Shown here: positions 18,875-30,196 of the stretch, one piece after another
How the letters are laid out: every line of letters starts with the position of its first letter
How positions within the stretch are numbered: the stretch's first letter is position 1
Assembly (NCBI GenBank): GCA_001275005.1
Contig: JWZX01003271.1
Location: 1-63,255, forward strand
Reading direction: 5' to 3'
Source of the DNA: Chrysochromulina tobinii
Taxonomy: Eukaryota
DNA: 63,255 nucleotides
Notes under the pieces: model-generated
What the model saw: the letters and a program-made list of their open reading frames with translations, nothing else
Told to the model about the DNA's origin: nothing
Databases searched by the model: none
Translations under genes and position numbers: made by a program

Positions 18875-20242
18875 ATGCAAACATCCGACGCAACGCGCAT
18901 CCTCGTGGGTGAACTTTTGAAGTACGAAGCTGCTGCGACCGCCAACCTGCAGGAGCAGAGGCGGCAAGCTGCTGGGGTGCTCGCTGACCTACCGGAGCTC
19001 GCAACGCGCTTCGAAACGCAAGCGTCGGCGATCAGCATCAACGCAGCGTTCCTCCGCTCGATCGTCTCTGAGATGGGCCTCGTCGGCGACGTCGCGAGCG
19101 CTGAGCTCGACAGCCTCGGCGTGGTCGAGCTCACAGTGGACGGCATGTTGAAGCAGCTCGTACGCGAGTGGACGGATGCAGGCGCCGCCGAGAGGGAGCA
19201 ATGCCTCGGCTTCGTGCTCTCCTCTCTCGAGCGGCACGTGCCCATCAGCGGCGGCAGCCCTCCGCAGGTTGTCATTCCAGGCGCGGGCCTCGGGCGGCTC
19301 GTGTGGGAGGTGGCGATGCGCGGCTATGCCGCCGTCGGCATCGAGCGCGCGATGAGCATGATGCTGTGCGGATCCTATGTTATCAACCATCTGCTCAGCC
19401 ATGAACGCACCGGGCGCATCCAGCCGTACGCTGCGGTGGGCTCTGGCCCGTGTAACGTCGAGTCGGCGGCGAACGTCGGGCGTGAGTTCTGCGTACCCGA
19501 CGCTGACGCAGCCAAACGCTTCGCGTCCGCCACGGCAGAAGCGGACGCGACAGCCGGGCTGCAGCATCCTCACGAGCGGCTGCAGGTGATTACGGGCGAC
19601 TTCCGTGCCGTTGCCCGAGCGAGCGGCCCGTGCGCCGACGCGGTCCTCACTACCTTCCTGGTGGATGCGTGCGGTGACGTGGTGGGAGCACTCGAGACGG
19701 TGCATGCGCAGCTGAAGCCCGGTGGCGTGTGGATCAACCTGGGCCCCCTTGAGTATGAGGGGACCGCGGGCTACCATGCGAGCCGCAAGCTGCGCCTCTG
19801 TGCCGACGAGCTGGTGCAGGTGAGGATCCCATGGCCTCCTTCCACCGTCCCTCGCAACGGCCCTCCACCGCCCGCCTGTCACTCGTCACTGGCCGACCCC
19901 CCGATGACCCCTGATGACCCCGTGCGGCAGCTCGTGCGCCAGCGCGGCTTCGAAATACTCGAGACGCGCAAGGGCGTCCGATGCGACTACACGCAGGATC
20001 AGTTCTCCATGCTCCAGAGCCACTTCAATTGCCTCTTCATCGTCGCGCGCAAGCACATCGGGGCTGCAACGCCGGCGGGGGCACCACCCGAGCCACCTGG
20101 GGCCGGGCGCGCCCGAGAGCAAATGTGCGCGGCGGCGGCGCGACCCTTGCACGCCTCTCCCGGGAACCTCCAGAATCTCCCAGGAACTTATGAGAATCAG
20201 ATCGAAAGGCCTCTGAGCCATGATGATCGATCCCTTCACTAA
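18875..20242 (+). CDS. Carnosine N-methyltransferase (N2227-like), with a probable in-frame intron at 19820-19930
   Basis: LKQLVREWT..G..ER, VIPGAGLGRL, GDF, DAVLTTFLVD, LKPGGVWINLGPLEY; CAG|GTGAGG...GGCAG 111-nt intron. Confidence 0.88.
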   Translation: MQTSDATRILVGELLKYEAAATANLQEQRRQAAGVLADLPELATRFETQASAISINAAFLRSIVSEMGLVGDVASAELDSLGVVELTVDGMLKQLVREWTDAGAAEREQCLGFVLSSLERHVPISGGSPPQVVIPGAGLGRLVWEVAMRGYAAVGIERAMSMMLCGSYVINHLLSHERTGRIQPYAAVGSGPCNVESAANVGREFCVPDADAAKRFASATAEADATAGLQHPHERLQVITGDFRAVARASGPCADAVLTTFLVDACGDVVGALETVHAQLKPGGVWINLGPLEYEGTAGYHASRKLRLCADELVQVRIPWPPSTVPRNGPPPPACHSSLADPPMTPDDPVRQLVRQRGFEILETRKGVRCDYTQDQFSMLQSHFNCLFIVARKHIGAATPAGAPPEPPGAGRAREQMCAAAARPLHASPGNLQNLPGTYENQIERPLSHDDRSLH

Positions 20243-20753
20243 CCACCCATCCTTGAACCGTCTGCTCAGTCTCACACCCCCTTCCCACACGCTTGTCGAT
20301 TGCGACCCAGCGCGCAGGCCGAAAGCTAAGGGCAAGTCACATGGCAAGAAGCCACAGGGCAGGTAGCCCTAGCGGAGGCCGGTATCACGAAACTACCGTT
20401 TACTGTACGTGGTAAATTACACGTCACGGTGAGGAACATGGGAAATTCGCGTCTCGTGTGTGGCTCAGTTCTCTAAACTTTGAGGCTAATAGCCTGAGGC
20501 CGTTATGTTCAAGTCAAGTCAATAATTCCGCGTCGAATCCGGCGGCTCGAGTGCTCGACTCTCCCAGCGTACGAACTTTCAACTTAGCGATCGAGGATTA
20601 GTATACCGTACATAAAAATTTCATAGGGTCAAGGCCGCCGCCTCCGCCACCTTTTGGCCGCCTCCGCTCCCATATGGGCGGGCCGTCCGCAGCACGGACG
20701 CCCGTTCTCCGCCGCTGGTGCATTCGCCTCGCCGCCTCCAGCTCCACCATTAT

Positions 20754-23477
20754 CTACCCCTTTTCAGCCTCCTTCGCCGCCTTCTCCTCCTTCGCCGCCT
20801 TCTCCGCCTTCTCCGCCGCCTTCGCCTTCTCCGCCTTCGCCTTCTCCGCCACCTTCTGGGCCATCTCAGCCCCCCGCGGCGAGAGGGGCGGCGCGATCAC
20901 GCGCGGCGGCGGCCGACGCGGCGCCGGCGTGGCGAGGCGCGCGAGACGGAGCGCCTCGGCGACTAACCGCTTACCCACCGCCTCATGCACGAGGCGTGAG
21001 AAGTAGGTGCTTAGCATGGAGTCCACTCGTGCATCAGCCTCCGGCGTGAAATCGCCAGGCCTTGAGGCATTGCGCGCGGCGCGCCGCCCGGCGGTGTATT
21101 GGCGCCATGCCTCGAGCACCGCCCGGTGCGTGTGGGTGCGCCAACGCTCCACGACAGCCTGGAGGCTGGGTGGCTCGTGGGCACGCGGCGGAGGCAGCCA
21201 GGGAGCGGGCAGCGATCGTCCATAGAGCCTCACCCAGTCCACCCCTTCGAAGAAGGCGGCATCGCGTATGCTGGGAGCCAACGGTCGTCGTGAGGGCGAT
21301 CGCTGCAGCAAGCTGTGAATGAGCTCCCTCGCAGCGGCCGATGCATGCTCCGGACTGACCGTGACCAAAGGCTGCGAGAGTACATTCTCAATCGTCGCCT
21401 CGACGCGCCTCTCAATCGCTCCGCTCCGCGAGGCCGCCGCAGCCGCCGTGTGCATGGCCCGCTGCTCCGCCTCAAAGTCCTCTGGCGCCATACGCCTCGC
21501 ACCCATCGCGTCGAATCGTTGAGTTTCGTCAAGCCGGAGGGCGGATTCGAAGGTGAAGGGAGGAGCCCCATGAAGCAGTTCGAAGAGGACGACGCCCATC
21601 GCCCACACATCCACCCGACCGTCGTGCCCGCACCGCAGAAGCATCTCGGGCGCCATGTACTCGGGCGAGCCGCACAAGGTGTACGTGCGCTCCCGCCCGC
21701 TCGGCCGCCCGAGCACTGACGCGAAGTCACTTCCACCCAGCTTGGCGTATCCCTGCATGTCGATGAGCAGGGCCTCTGGGCGAAGGTCGCGATGGGCAAT
21801 GCCGTGCAGCGAGAGATGCTCGAGGGCAAGCACGGCACACGCGGCGTGGAACTGCGCCGCATACTCGGGCATGCCGCCGCCGCCCGAGACGGCGCGTGCC
21901 GGGTCCCTCATGTCCATTCCGGATCGTTGACCTTCGGGCCGCTCACCATCAGGCCCTTTGCGTGCTCGACTCATCGCGCTGAGCACCGTCCGCAGCGTGC
22001 CACAGGGCACGTGCTCCGAGAAAATGTAGAGACGCTCCCGATCAAAGTGGGCCCCGGCGAGCGCGACCACATTGGGATGGCGGCATGCGCCTAGGGATCG
22101 AATCTCCGCGAGGGCATGGGCCATTTGGGAGGAGGTGCGCAGGGCTGAGCGCGGCTTGATCTTGAGAGCCAGCGTCGCGCCGCCAGAGGGGAGCGAGGAA
22201 CGCGCGCCGTTTGCCCCACCCGCTCCCCTCTCATCATCCTCCTCCAGATAGTAGGGATGATTGTCATCATCTGTAATCAGGCCCGTAGCACGCCGCACGC
22301 GAACCTCCGCCTCGAGAAACGCGGCGCCGCTGCCAGCGCCAGCGCCAGCGCCATCGACGCCACGCGGCGCTCGCGCCTTTAAGAGAGTCATTCCCTCGAG
22401 GTGACCGATGACGCGCATCCTCGCAGCCAGCCGCTCCGTACCGGTACCGCTCGATGGGCGCACACGCGGTACGACGCGCGCCGTCGCCGCCAGTGGCCAG
22501 TCCCGCTCCGCACGCTGCGGCATCAGCTTCCACAGGCGCACCTGAGGGCTTTGAGGCTGGTCCGGCGGCACCGGAGGCTGGTCCTGCGGCATCGGGTGCT
22601 GCTGCTGCTGCGGTGTCGATGGCGGCGGCTGCGACGAGTGCTGCGCCATCGCGTGTGGCATGGCGTGAGGCTTGAAGAGCGCGGCGAGCAGATCCGCACG
22701 TCGCACGAACCAGAGCGATGCCCCCGCGAAGGGCGCCGTCTCCGAGGTAGCTCTCGGCTCGAGGGAAGGCGCCCACACGCTCACGCTCTCGGGCCGCGCG
22801 CAGTCCCATAGCAAGCCGAGGAGACCGAAGGTGTCGCCCGGACCGTACTCGGCTACCACGGCTACCTCGGAGCGCGGCGCGGCGGTCGCGGCGGCTAGAC
22901 TCGGAACCGCAGTCGATGCGGTTGCCTCCGCGCTATTGCCCGCCGCCGCCGTCCACGTCGCCTGCAGCCGACCCTCGTGGACGATGAAGAGGTCGCCCGC
23001 GCCTCGAGAGCTCCGCTCCCCCTGAGTGACCACGTGGCTGCGGGGCGGGTACCACTCGTGCCGCAGCGAGATCAACAAGGTTTTCCACTGATTCTCGTCC
23101 AGGTGCGTGAGCAACGAGCAACGCCGCAAGGCACCAATGACCACGTCCGGTGGTGGCTGTGGGCGATGGTGGCCACGCTGAGGCTCGTACGCGCTGGCGT
23201 CGGCCTCGTCGTAGGTGCTCGACGGCAAGCACAGCGACTGCGGCTCTGCAAAAACTCGGGCTGTCCCTCGCCAGGGCAGCGCTGCCATCTTCACGGCCGT
23301 CACTGGCTTTTGCCGCCGCTGCTCAAGCTGCTGCTGCTTCTGCTGCTTCTGCCTCTTCGGCTCGAGAGGCGCCACATGGATGCGCCCGAGCGGCACATGG
23401 GTAGTGGGCACCCCTCCGACCTCTTCGTAGACACCCTGCCAGTAGGCCAGCGGCGGATCAGCCAGGCTCGTCGACAT
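20754..23477 (-). CDS. cNMP-binding domain plus AGC (PKA/PKG-like) kinase domain, probable pseudokinase
   Basis: VVTQGE..LFIVHEG..YGPGDTFG..RPESV; LALK, HRDLRPEA, TYTLCGSPEYMAPE, DVWAMG, FFEGVDW..PAPW. Confidence 0.82.
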   Translation of the reverse strand: MSTSLADPPLAYWQGVYEEVGGVPTTHVPLGRIHVAPLEPKRQKQQKQQQLEQRRQKPVTAVKMAALPWRGTARVFAEPQSLCLPSSTYDEADASAYEPQRGHHRPQPPPDVVIGALRRCSLLTHLDENQWKTLLISLRHEWYPPRSHVVTQGERSSRGAGDLFIVHEGRLQATWTAAAGNSAEATASTAVPSLAAATAAPRSEVAVVAEYGPGDTFGLLGLLWDCARPESVSVWAPSLEPRATSETAPFAGASLWFVRRADLLAALFKPHAMPHAMAQHSSQPPPSTPQQQQHPMPQDQPPVPPDQPQSPQVRLWKLMPQRAERDWPLAATARVVPRVRPSSGTGTERLAARMRVIGHLEGMTLLKARAPRGVDGAGAGAGSGAAFLEAEVRVRRATGLITDDDNHPYYLEEDDERGAGGANGARSSLPSGGATLALKIKPRSALRTSSQMAHALAEIRSLGACRHPNVVALAGAHFDRERLYIFSEHVPCGTLRTVLSAMSRARKGPDGERPEGQRSGMDMRDPARAVSGGGGMPEYAAQFHAACAVLALEHLSLHGIAHRDLRPEALLIDMQGYAKLGGSDFASVLGRPSGRERTYTLCGSPEYMAPEMLLRCGHDGRVDVWAMGVVLFELLHGAPPFTFESALRLDETQRFDAMGARRMAPEDFEAEQRAMHTAAAAASRSGAIERRVEATIENVLSQPLVTVSPEHASAAARELIHSLLQRSPSRRPLAPSIRDAAFFEGVDWVRLYGRSLPAPWLPPPRAHEPPSLQAVVERWRTHTHRAVLEAWRQYTAGRRAARNASRPGDFTPEADARVDSMLSTYFSRLVHEAVGKRLVAEALRLARLATPAPRRPPPRVIAPPLSPRGAEMAQKVAEKAKAEKAKAAEKAEKAAKEEKAAKEAEKG

Positions 23478-23508
23478 GATGGGCCCCTTTCTAACCGTCC
23501 ATGTGAAA

Positions 23509-23542
23509 CTGGGTGTCGAATTCTAAACATGGCTGTGAAACA
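23509..23542 (-). promoter_or_regulatory. 34-bp element shared with 51307-51341, upstream of minus-strand start codons
   Basis: ctgggtgtcgaattctaaacat(t)ggctgtgaaaca occurs twice with one indel; partial copy at 34623-34639. Confidence 0.55.
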
Positions 23543-23649
23543 TGGTCCTAAGGTCTGCGCGCGGGCGCGGCGCGGCGCGACTCTCGATCATCTTCACGGC
23601 CTCGAGATGATCCTCTTCACTGTGAGTTTCCCCGCCAAAGTGACCGGGC

Positions 23650-25074
23650 ATGTCGCGCCCGCAGCGCGCCGCCGCTGCCAAGGGTGTGGCCGCGCGCATC
23701 GACGGGGGAAACGACGACGACGACGACGACGACGACGATGTCATGCAAGTGCCCTCGCCCATCGACAAGGACGACGATGGGGACGCGTCCGTCGGCGGCT
23801 CGGAGGACGACGACGACGATGAAGATGACGTGGAGGATGAGGCGAGCGCGGATGAGGCGGCAGGCTCGGACGACGACGATGCGTTCGCGAGTAAGCCGCC
23901 GCCCCAAAAGACGGCGTCGGCCAAGGCGCGCAAGGCGCCGTCCGCGGAGGCGCCGCCCGCCAAGAAGGCCAAGGTCGCTGGCAAGGGCAAGGAGGCGCCG
24001 CAGCCCAAGAAGGCGAGCGTGCTCAAGACGGTGCCCCTCAACGACCCCGCGTGCGCGCCCAAGGCAAGCCTCGCCAGCTCCTCCGCGTCGTCCTTGGCGC
24101 CTCCGCCGGCCGCCAAGCCGGCGGCGGCCAAGAAGGCGGCCAAGGCGGCGCCGTCGACAGCGGCAGCAGATGAGGACGACGGGGGTGACTTCGACGCGCC
24201 CGCGCCCAAGAAGGCGCCCGCGAAGCCTACCGCGGCCGCGGAGGCGCTCGAGCCGGACAAGGCGCCAGCTGCCAAACTTGCCGCCCCGGCTGCCAAGCCC
24301 ACCGCCCCAGCTGCCAAGCCCGCGCCCTCGGGCAAGGCACCAGCGTCGGGTCCGTCCAAGGCGCCGGCGGCGAGCGCGCCCGCGCCCTCGGCCACTGGCG
24401 ACCCGGTGCTCGACTTTCTGCGCCAGGCGTGCGCGCCGATGACGGCCCAGGCGATCGCCGATCACTTCCACGGCGGCTTGTCCAAGGGAGAGGCAGAGCG
24501 ACGGTGCGCGGAGCTTGCGGCGGCCGGGCAGGCGGATACTCGCGAGAGCGCGAAGATCAAGCTGTACTGGGCGACGCAGAAGGGGGCGGCCGTGCTGTCC
24601 GAGAAGGAGGCGGCCGATCTCGAGCGCCAGATCGCCGATGCCAAGGCGCAGGCCCTCGCCCGCCAGGCCGAGGTGAGCAAGCTCGCGCAGGCACTCAAGG
24701 TGCTGCAGCAGGCGCGCTCACTCTCCGAGGTGAAGGCCGAGATAGCGAGCGCGCGCGCCGCGTGCCAGGCGGCCGAGGAAGAGCTCGGGGCGCTCAAGAA
24801 GGCGCTCGGAGCGGGCGCGCCCATGAGCGAGGCCGAAGAGGCCACGGTCCTCAAGGAGTATGTCCGGCTGCGCAAGCTGTATCTGGACCGGCGGCGGGCG
24901 GCGCTCGAGGTTCTGGAGCAGATGGGCGAGGCACAGGGAGTGACGACCAAGAAGCTCATGGACGACCTCGGGCTCGAGCGCGACGAGGAGTACGGGTGCG
25001 ATCCGAAGGCGTTCCCCGTCCTCACCAACGCGCCTGTCGCGCCGCGTGCGAGCTTCGGCAAGGGCCGCGTCTGA
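23650..25074 (+). CDS. HOP2: HOP2/TBPIP (PSMC3IP) meiotic recombination factor with long acidic and Ala/Pro/Lys-rich N-terminal extension
   Basis: VLDFLRQACAPMTAQAI..GLSK..AELAAAG...KIKLYWATQ winged helix, followed by coiled coil and C-terminal KKLMDDLGLE. Confidence 0.75.
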   Translation: MSRPQRAAAAKGVAARIDGGNDDDDDDDDDVMQVPSPIDKDDDGDASVGGSEDDDDDEDDVEDEASADEAAGSDDDDAFASKPPPQKTASAKARKAPSAEAPPAKKAKVAGKGKEAPQPKKASVLKTVPLNDPACAPKASLASSSASSLAPPPAAKPAAAKKAAKAAPSTAAADEDDGGDFDAPAPKKAPAKPTAAAEALEPDKAPAAKLAAPAAKPTAPAAKPAPSGKAPASGPSKAPAASAPAPSATGDPVLDFLRQACAPMTAQAIADHFHGGLSKGEAERRCAELAAAGQADTRESAKIKLYWATQKGAAVLSEKEAADLERQIADAKAQALARQAEVSKLAQALKVLQQARSLSEVKAEIASARAACQAAEEELGALKKALGAGAPMSEAEEATVLKEYVRLRKLYLDRRRAALEVLEQMGEAQGVTTKKLMDDLGLERDEEYGCDPKAFPVLTNAPVAPRASFGKGRV

Positions 25075-25539
25075 GAGGCCTCTGAGCGGCCGAGCGACGC
25101 GAGTGAGAGGACGTCGACCTCGTCGTCACAGCGTCCCCCAGGTACATGAACGCGCGGCGAGGGCGGGCCCACGGACGCTCCGGAAAGGATTGATGGCTCA
25201 ACCAGCCTGGTGAAGGTGTGCACTGTCGGGAGCGACAACTCTGTCCCGGTGTGAGGTCTGATGATTTACAGATTTACGTGCAAAACGGTCGTTACCGGGC
25301 CGGTTATCCGATCGAGCCACGCGATCTGCCGAAGGACGACGTTTCACGAGTCGCTCATATGGGGATTCAGCGCCATATGCGCGGGAGGTATTATTCGATG
25401 CGATGGTCTCGCCGTTGCTCCATGCCTCGCTCCGACTCCTCTCTCTCTCCGGGGCTCCCGGCCATTCCACATTGCCACGGGCTGCCCTCCGCCGAGATCA
25501 GCTGAGCAATCTAGAGCTATTTCCCCCGAACCCCCTTGA

Positions 25540-28500
25540 TTACGATGCGCGGTGTAGTGCAGTAAAAGCGAACGCCTCCTTCTTGTCGAGAGTGAGGTTG
25601 GTCTGTTGGCTCACGTCGAACTTGGACACGCGCGCCTTAATCGTACGCAGGATCAGGCTCAGCAGGTGGTGGAGGCACCTGAACGCAGCCAATCATAGCA
25701 ATCAACCGCAGTCAACGGCGCTCGATGGCAAGCGATGCCACACTCAGTGACAGTCCCCCCTTGCAGGTAACCCTGCAGGCGGCAACGCGGCGTCTCGCAC
25801 CGGTGTACGGGTTGGCGCGGTGGCTCTTCCCAAGTAGCAGGGTGCGCGAGGAGCCATTTCGTGTGCTCGGCCCGATTCTCCTTGAGGTTCATCATGAATA
25901 TTCCCGCATCGAGGGCGCCCGCCTCGGCGATCTCTTCATCAGTCGGCAGGGACTGCGTGCAAATTTCCCCCGATCAGTCTCCATCAGTTGGATCCAATCA
26001 GTCTCCATCAGCAACCGTCCGAGGTGTACCAAGGCCAGTCGCACGCGTTCATGAGGGTTCATGGGGGCAACGTGCACGAGTGCCTAACCTTGACACTGCA
26101 TGCATCGCAATAGCATCGCAATCAGCCGCACTCAGACCCGATTTAGTCGCACCTTCATGAGGGCAACGTGCACGAGTGCTTCACAAAAGTCCTCAAATGA
26201 GAGGTTCTCAAGCTTGGTCTTGGACTGCTTGCCCGCGCTCTCGTCGATGACACGCATGCGACTCCATGCGAACGCGAGGGCGGCCTCGCGCGCCTGCGTC
26301 GTGGTGGGCGGTCAGCTGGCGGTTAGCGTCGTGGTGGGCGGTCAGCTGGCGGTTAGCGTCGTGATGGGCGGTCAGCTGGCGGTTAGGGCGTCGTGGTGGG
26401 CGGTCAGCTGGCGGTTAGGGGAGGCATCTGTGCGCGATCTAGTTGTTCGGTAATCAGTGGCCATCATCTATCTATGGCTATCAGTGGCCATCATCTATCT
26501 ATGGCTATCAGTGGCCATCAGTGGCCATCAGCGGCGGCGCGCGCACACACCGTGAACTCCTGATCAATGAAATCGAGGTCTTTCATCAGCTGCATCCACT
26601 CGTCGGACGAAAGGACTGTCGCCAGCTGCCGATTCGCGAAGTCGACACCCTCTGCGAGCGAATATGTCTCGAAGAGCGCCTGCGATGATGCGATCGAGCA
26701 ATCGCACGTCATCAGAGGCCATCAGACGTCATCAGAGGTCATCAGAGGCAATCATAGGTCATCAGAGCACAGAGGCAATCAGAGGTCATCAGAGGCAATT
26801 GCACGTCAGCAGAGGCCATCAGAGGCCATGCATCAGGCAGGAGCAGACAAGGCCGCCCCGAATGATCACCTTGAGCGACTCGAAGTGTTCGAGCAGCACG
26901 GCATCTGTTGCCTCCGAGTAGCAGTTCGCCATACGGAAGTCATTCGCATCAAAGCTTGAAGAGCTGCCGAGCAGTGCCTCAACCTTGGACGTGAACATGT
27001 GCTCGACGGCGCGAGATACCTCCGAGATCTGCTTCGAGAGCACGTACTTGAGGATGGCGATGCGCACGAGGCACTGCAGCCACTCGCACCTGCGATCCGA
27101 GGCCATCCGAGAGGCAATCAGAACCTTATCAGAGCCTACTCAGAACCCAACCGGAGCTAACCAAAAGGCCCATCAGAGGCCCCTTTGGACGACTTGGAGC
27201 GATTGGAGAACGAGTTGGGGCTAAGTTGGGCCCAGTTGAGGCTCAGTTGGGGCTGCCATGGGGCTTCCAGTGCCACGCACCGGTTGAGCGCAAGCTTGTC
27301 ATCGTCGACAGCCGCGCCCGTGTTCAAAGAGCCCAGCTCGCCGCCCACGAGTGCCAGGTCCACCTGAGCCTTGCCCACTCGCTTGGCAGTCTCGGGGGTG
27401 TTGACCATCAGAAAGACCTGCAGGTAGAGAGGAGGGGGGGGTAGGAGAGACGAAGGGGGGGTGGCAGATCCCTCGAAGCAAGAGCGACGGGTTCAGGCCA
27501 ATGTAAGGCCAATGTAAGGCCAATGTCAGGCCAATGGGTCCATCCGTGGCAATGTAAGGCCAATGGGTCCATCCGTGGCAATGTAAGGCCAATGGGTCCA
27601 TCCGTGGCAATGTAAGGCCAATGGGTCCATCCGTGGCAATGTCAGGCCAATGGGTCCATCCGTGGCAATGGAAAAGCAATGAGCGGCTGAGTGAGCGGCT
27701 GAGTGAGCGGCTGAGTGAGCGGCTGAGTCAGTGGGCTGAGTGAGCGGCCAGCTCACCTGGTCTAGGTGAGCCTTTTGGCAGAATTTGGACTTGGAGTCGG
27801 ATAGCTCGCAATCCTCGACAAAGCGTTTGAATGCGATTGCACTCATATGGCTTATCTGCGATCATGATCGAGAGAGAGACAGGGGGCGCATCATGATCGA
27901 GAGAGAGACAGGGGGCGCGTCATTAGCTAGTAAACAGGTGTTCCACTGCCAACCCCCCTCACCAACGCGGCGCGAATCGTCGCGCAATCGGTGGCAATCG
28001 GTGGCAATCAAGTGCAATCGGGAGCAATCAAGTGCAATCGGGTGCAATGTCCAGTGAGTGTACAGTGAGGGGCCCTCACCGTAGTGGCACTGATGATCGA
28101 ATACGCGTCGAAGGTGCGATAGATGGTCGCGTGATGCTTCCAAAGCACCTCGCCAATCTCGGCGATCTCGGAGGATTGCGAGATCTTACGAGCCGCGGCC
28201 TCTTCTGCCTTCACACGCCGCCGCTCTGCCAAGAGCTCGTCGAGGAGCGCGTCGTCCCGGGCGCCGTTCCCTGCCTCGTCGTCCGCGGCACCCTCCCCTG
28301 CCTCCATCTCAGATCGCCTCTCCGCCTTCTCTTCGTCCTTGCTCTCGCCACTGCCATGCTTGAGAATGTACGCCGCCAGTCCGTGCGACCGGAGCGCTCG
28401 AGACCAATCGAGTGCAAATGCCTTGCGGTACGTCTCCTCGGTGTCCAGGAACGAACCGCTGTCAGCCCAGGCGGCACGCGCCTTCCAAGCACTCTCCTCG

Positions 28501-30196
28501 AGCTTCCATTCCTTCTTGGCAGGCTCGTCACGCTTTCGTCGGCCGCCCGCACTGTACACGACCACTTGCGCGAGGTGCTCGGGCCTCACATACCTGTGTC
28601 GACGAGAGAGGCGATCAGTGAGGCACTCAGAGTCACAGAGGCGCGGCTCCTTAATTTGGTTCTTCTCGGAGGGGTCGATGAGAGTGGCCATCGGAAAGGG
28701 CATAGAATGGGCATCACTCAAAGGACATGATTCAGGGACAAAGGGCATCAAGTGCAGTTCTGCACAGGGAGGCAGTCGGCTTGGCAGTCTTTGGTCATCA
28801 GAGAGGGTGATGAATCCGATGATGAGAGGGCAATCCGCTAATGGTGCTAATGATGCTAATGATGATGAGAGGGTAATCCGATGATGAGAGGGCAATCCGC
28901 AGCGCACGCAGAGCCGCAGGACCTGTTCCACACGAGCGCCTGTGTTCTTCGAAGTAACCTTTCCTGCTTGGACGGGCACGCAACGTCGGCAGCCGCCGAG
29001 ACGAAGGCAGCGTGTGCGAGGGCGTACTGAGCGTCGTGTCGGGCGAAGAAGGCATGCGCCGCGTCCCGCTCCTCCTCTGTTCCAAAGCTGCGCAGCCTCA
29101 ATGCCTCAAGGCCGCTACCGTCAGGCTCCCGAGCGGAATCCTGCTGAGCTGGACGCCCATCATGACGCCCATCATGGCGCCCATCGTGAGGCTCGTCGTG
29201 CCTCCAAAGCGAGGGGATTGCGCGTGCGCCATCTCCGAGTCCAGACCCCATCGTGTTCACAGACCCCATCGCGTTCACAGGTCCGGTCGCAGGGCCGCGG
29301 GCGCCGTCCCGGGCGCCGAGGGTGGCACGCGTGCTTAGTAGTGGGCGCCCGTCGCCTTGCATCTGCCCCTGAAGTACCTCGAGTGCATGGCCGGTGTCGC
29401 TGTCCAGCATCGGCATGCGGCGAGAGGAGCTCGGTGGGCGAGCCGGCTGAGCAGTTGGAGCAGTCTGAGCATGCCGAGCAGCCAAGGCACTGAGCGCTTT
29501 GCTGCGAGTCTGACCGGGGATGGGAGATCGGAAGGCAGGCGGTGATCGGCTGACAGGGAAGGGGGCGGCCGCGGGTGCAGGGACTGTGTGCGGCCGCGGG
29601 TCCGGCCGCGGGAAGAGGCGGCCTCGATGCTGCTCCACCCTTGACTCCACCTTCGACTCCGGCTGCACAGTGGCGTGTAGTGCGGCTGAGGGCGGTAGAC
29701 CGAGGCCAGCCGCCGGCGGAGGTGAGAGTGACTTTGCCGAGATCGGTGGAGGCAAGGGCGGCGGTGGATCCCACAGGGGCGGGAACCATCCAGGTGGCGA
29801 GGTTGGCAAGAGGTCGAACGAGTCTTTCAAGCTCTTGAGGTACTTGGCGTCTGGACGCACGGCCAGGGCCTTGCGCACGCTCCACTGCCCCCGGCCGCTG
29901 GGCGAGACGACCTGCATTGCAAGCACCTCATCGAGCGATCGCTCGGGCATGCGCGGCATCCGGAGGTTGCGGCGCTCCGATTGCGGTTCCCTGGCCTCGG
30001 CTGCGTTGGGTCGCGCTTGTTCTGGCTCTTCATATCGGGACTCGAATGTTCGAAGCCCCACGTCTTCGGCAGCGTGGCGAGAGGACCTCGTGCCATGGCT
30101 TACCAACGAGGCTCTGGCCGTGTTGGGCGGCTCAGGCACTCTGAGCTCACCGAGACCGCTCGAGCCGCGCATTTCGCGCGCAGTATAGGGCGGCAT
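25540..30196 (-). CDS. Nine-exon conserved hypothetical protein (low-complexity N-terminus, helical C-terminal domain)
   Basis: Phase-compatible GT-AG introns at ~28594-28906/28922, 27856-28079, 27418-27756, 27090-27280, 26680-26869, 26294-26550, 25953-26152 and 25679-25800. Exons read FKRFVEDC, CEWLQCLVRIA, LSFEDFCEALVHVA; stop at 25540-25542. Confidence 0.7.
27495..27750. repeat. Intronic minisatellites (ggccaatgggtccatccgtggcaatgtaa)n and (gagcggctgagt)n
   Basis: Directly visible tandem copies inside intron 27418-27756. Confidence 0.9.

Noticed and set aside
20625..20756. Stop-codon readthrough or extension of the pseudokinase C-terminus
   Set aside because: Two frames stay open briefly, as expected at this GC content; no independent evidence.
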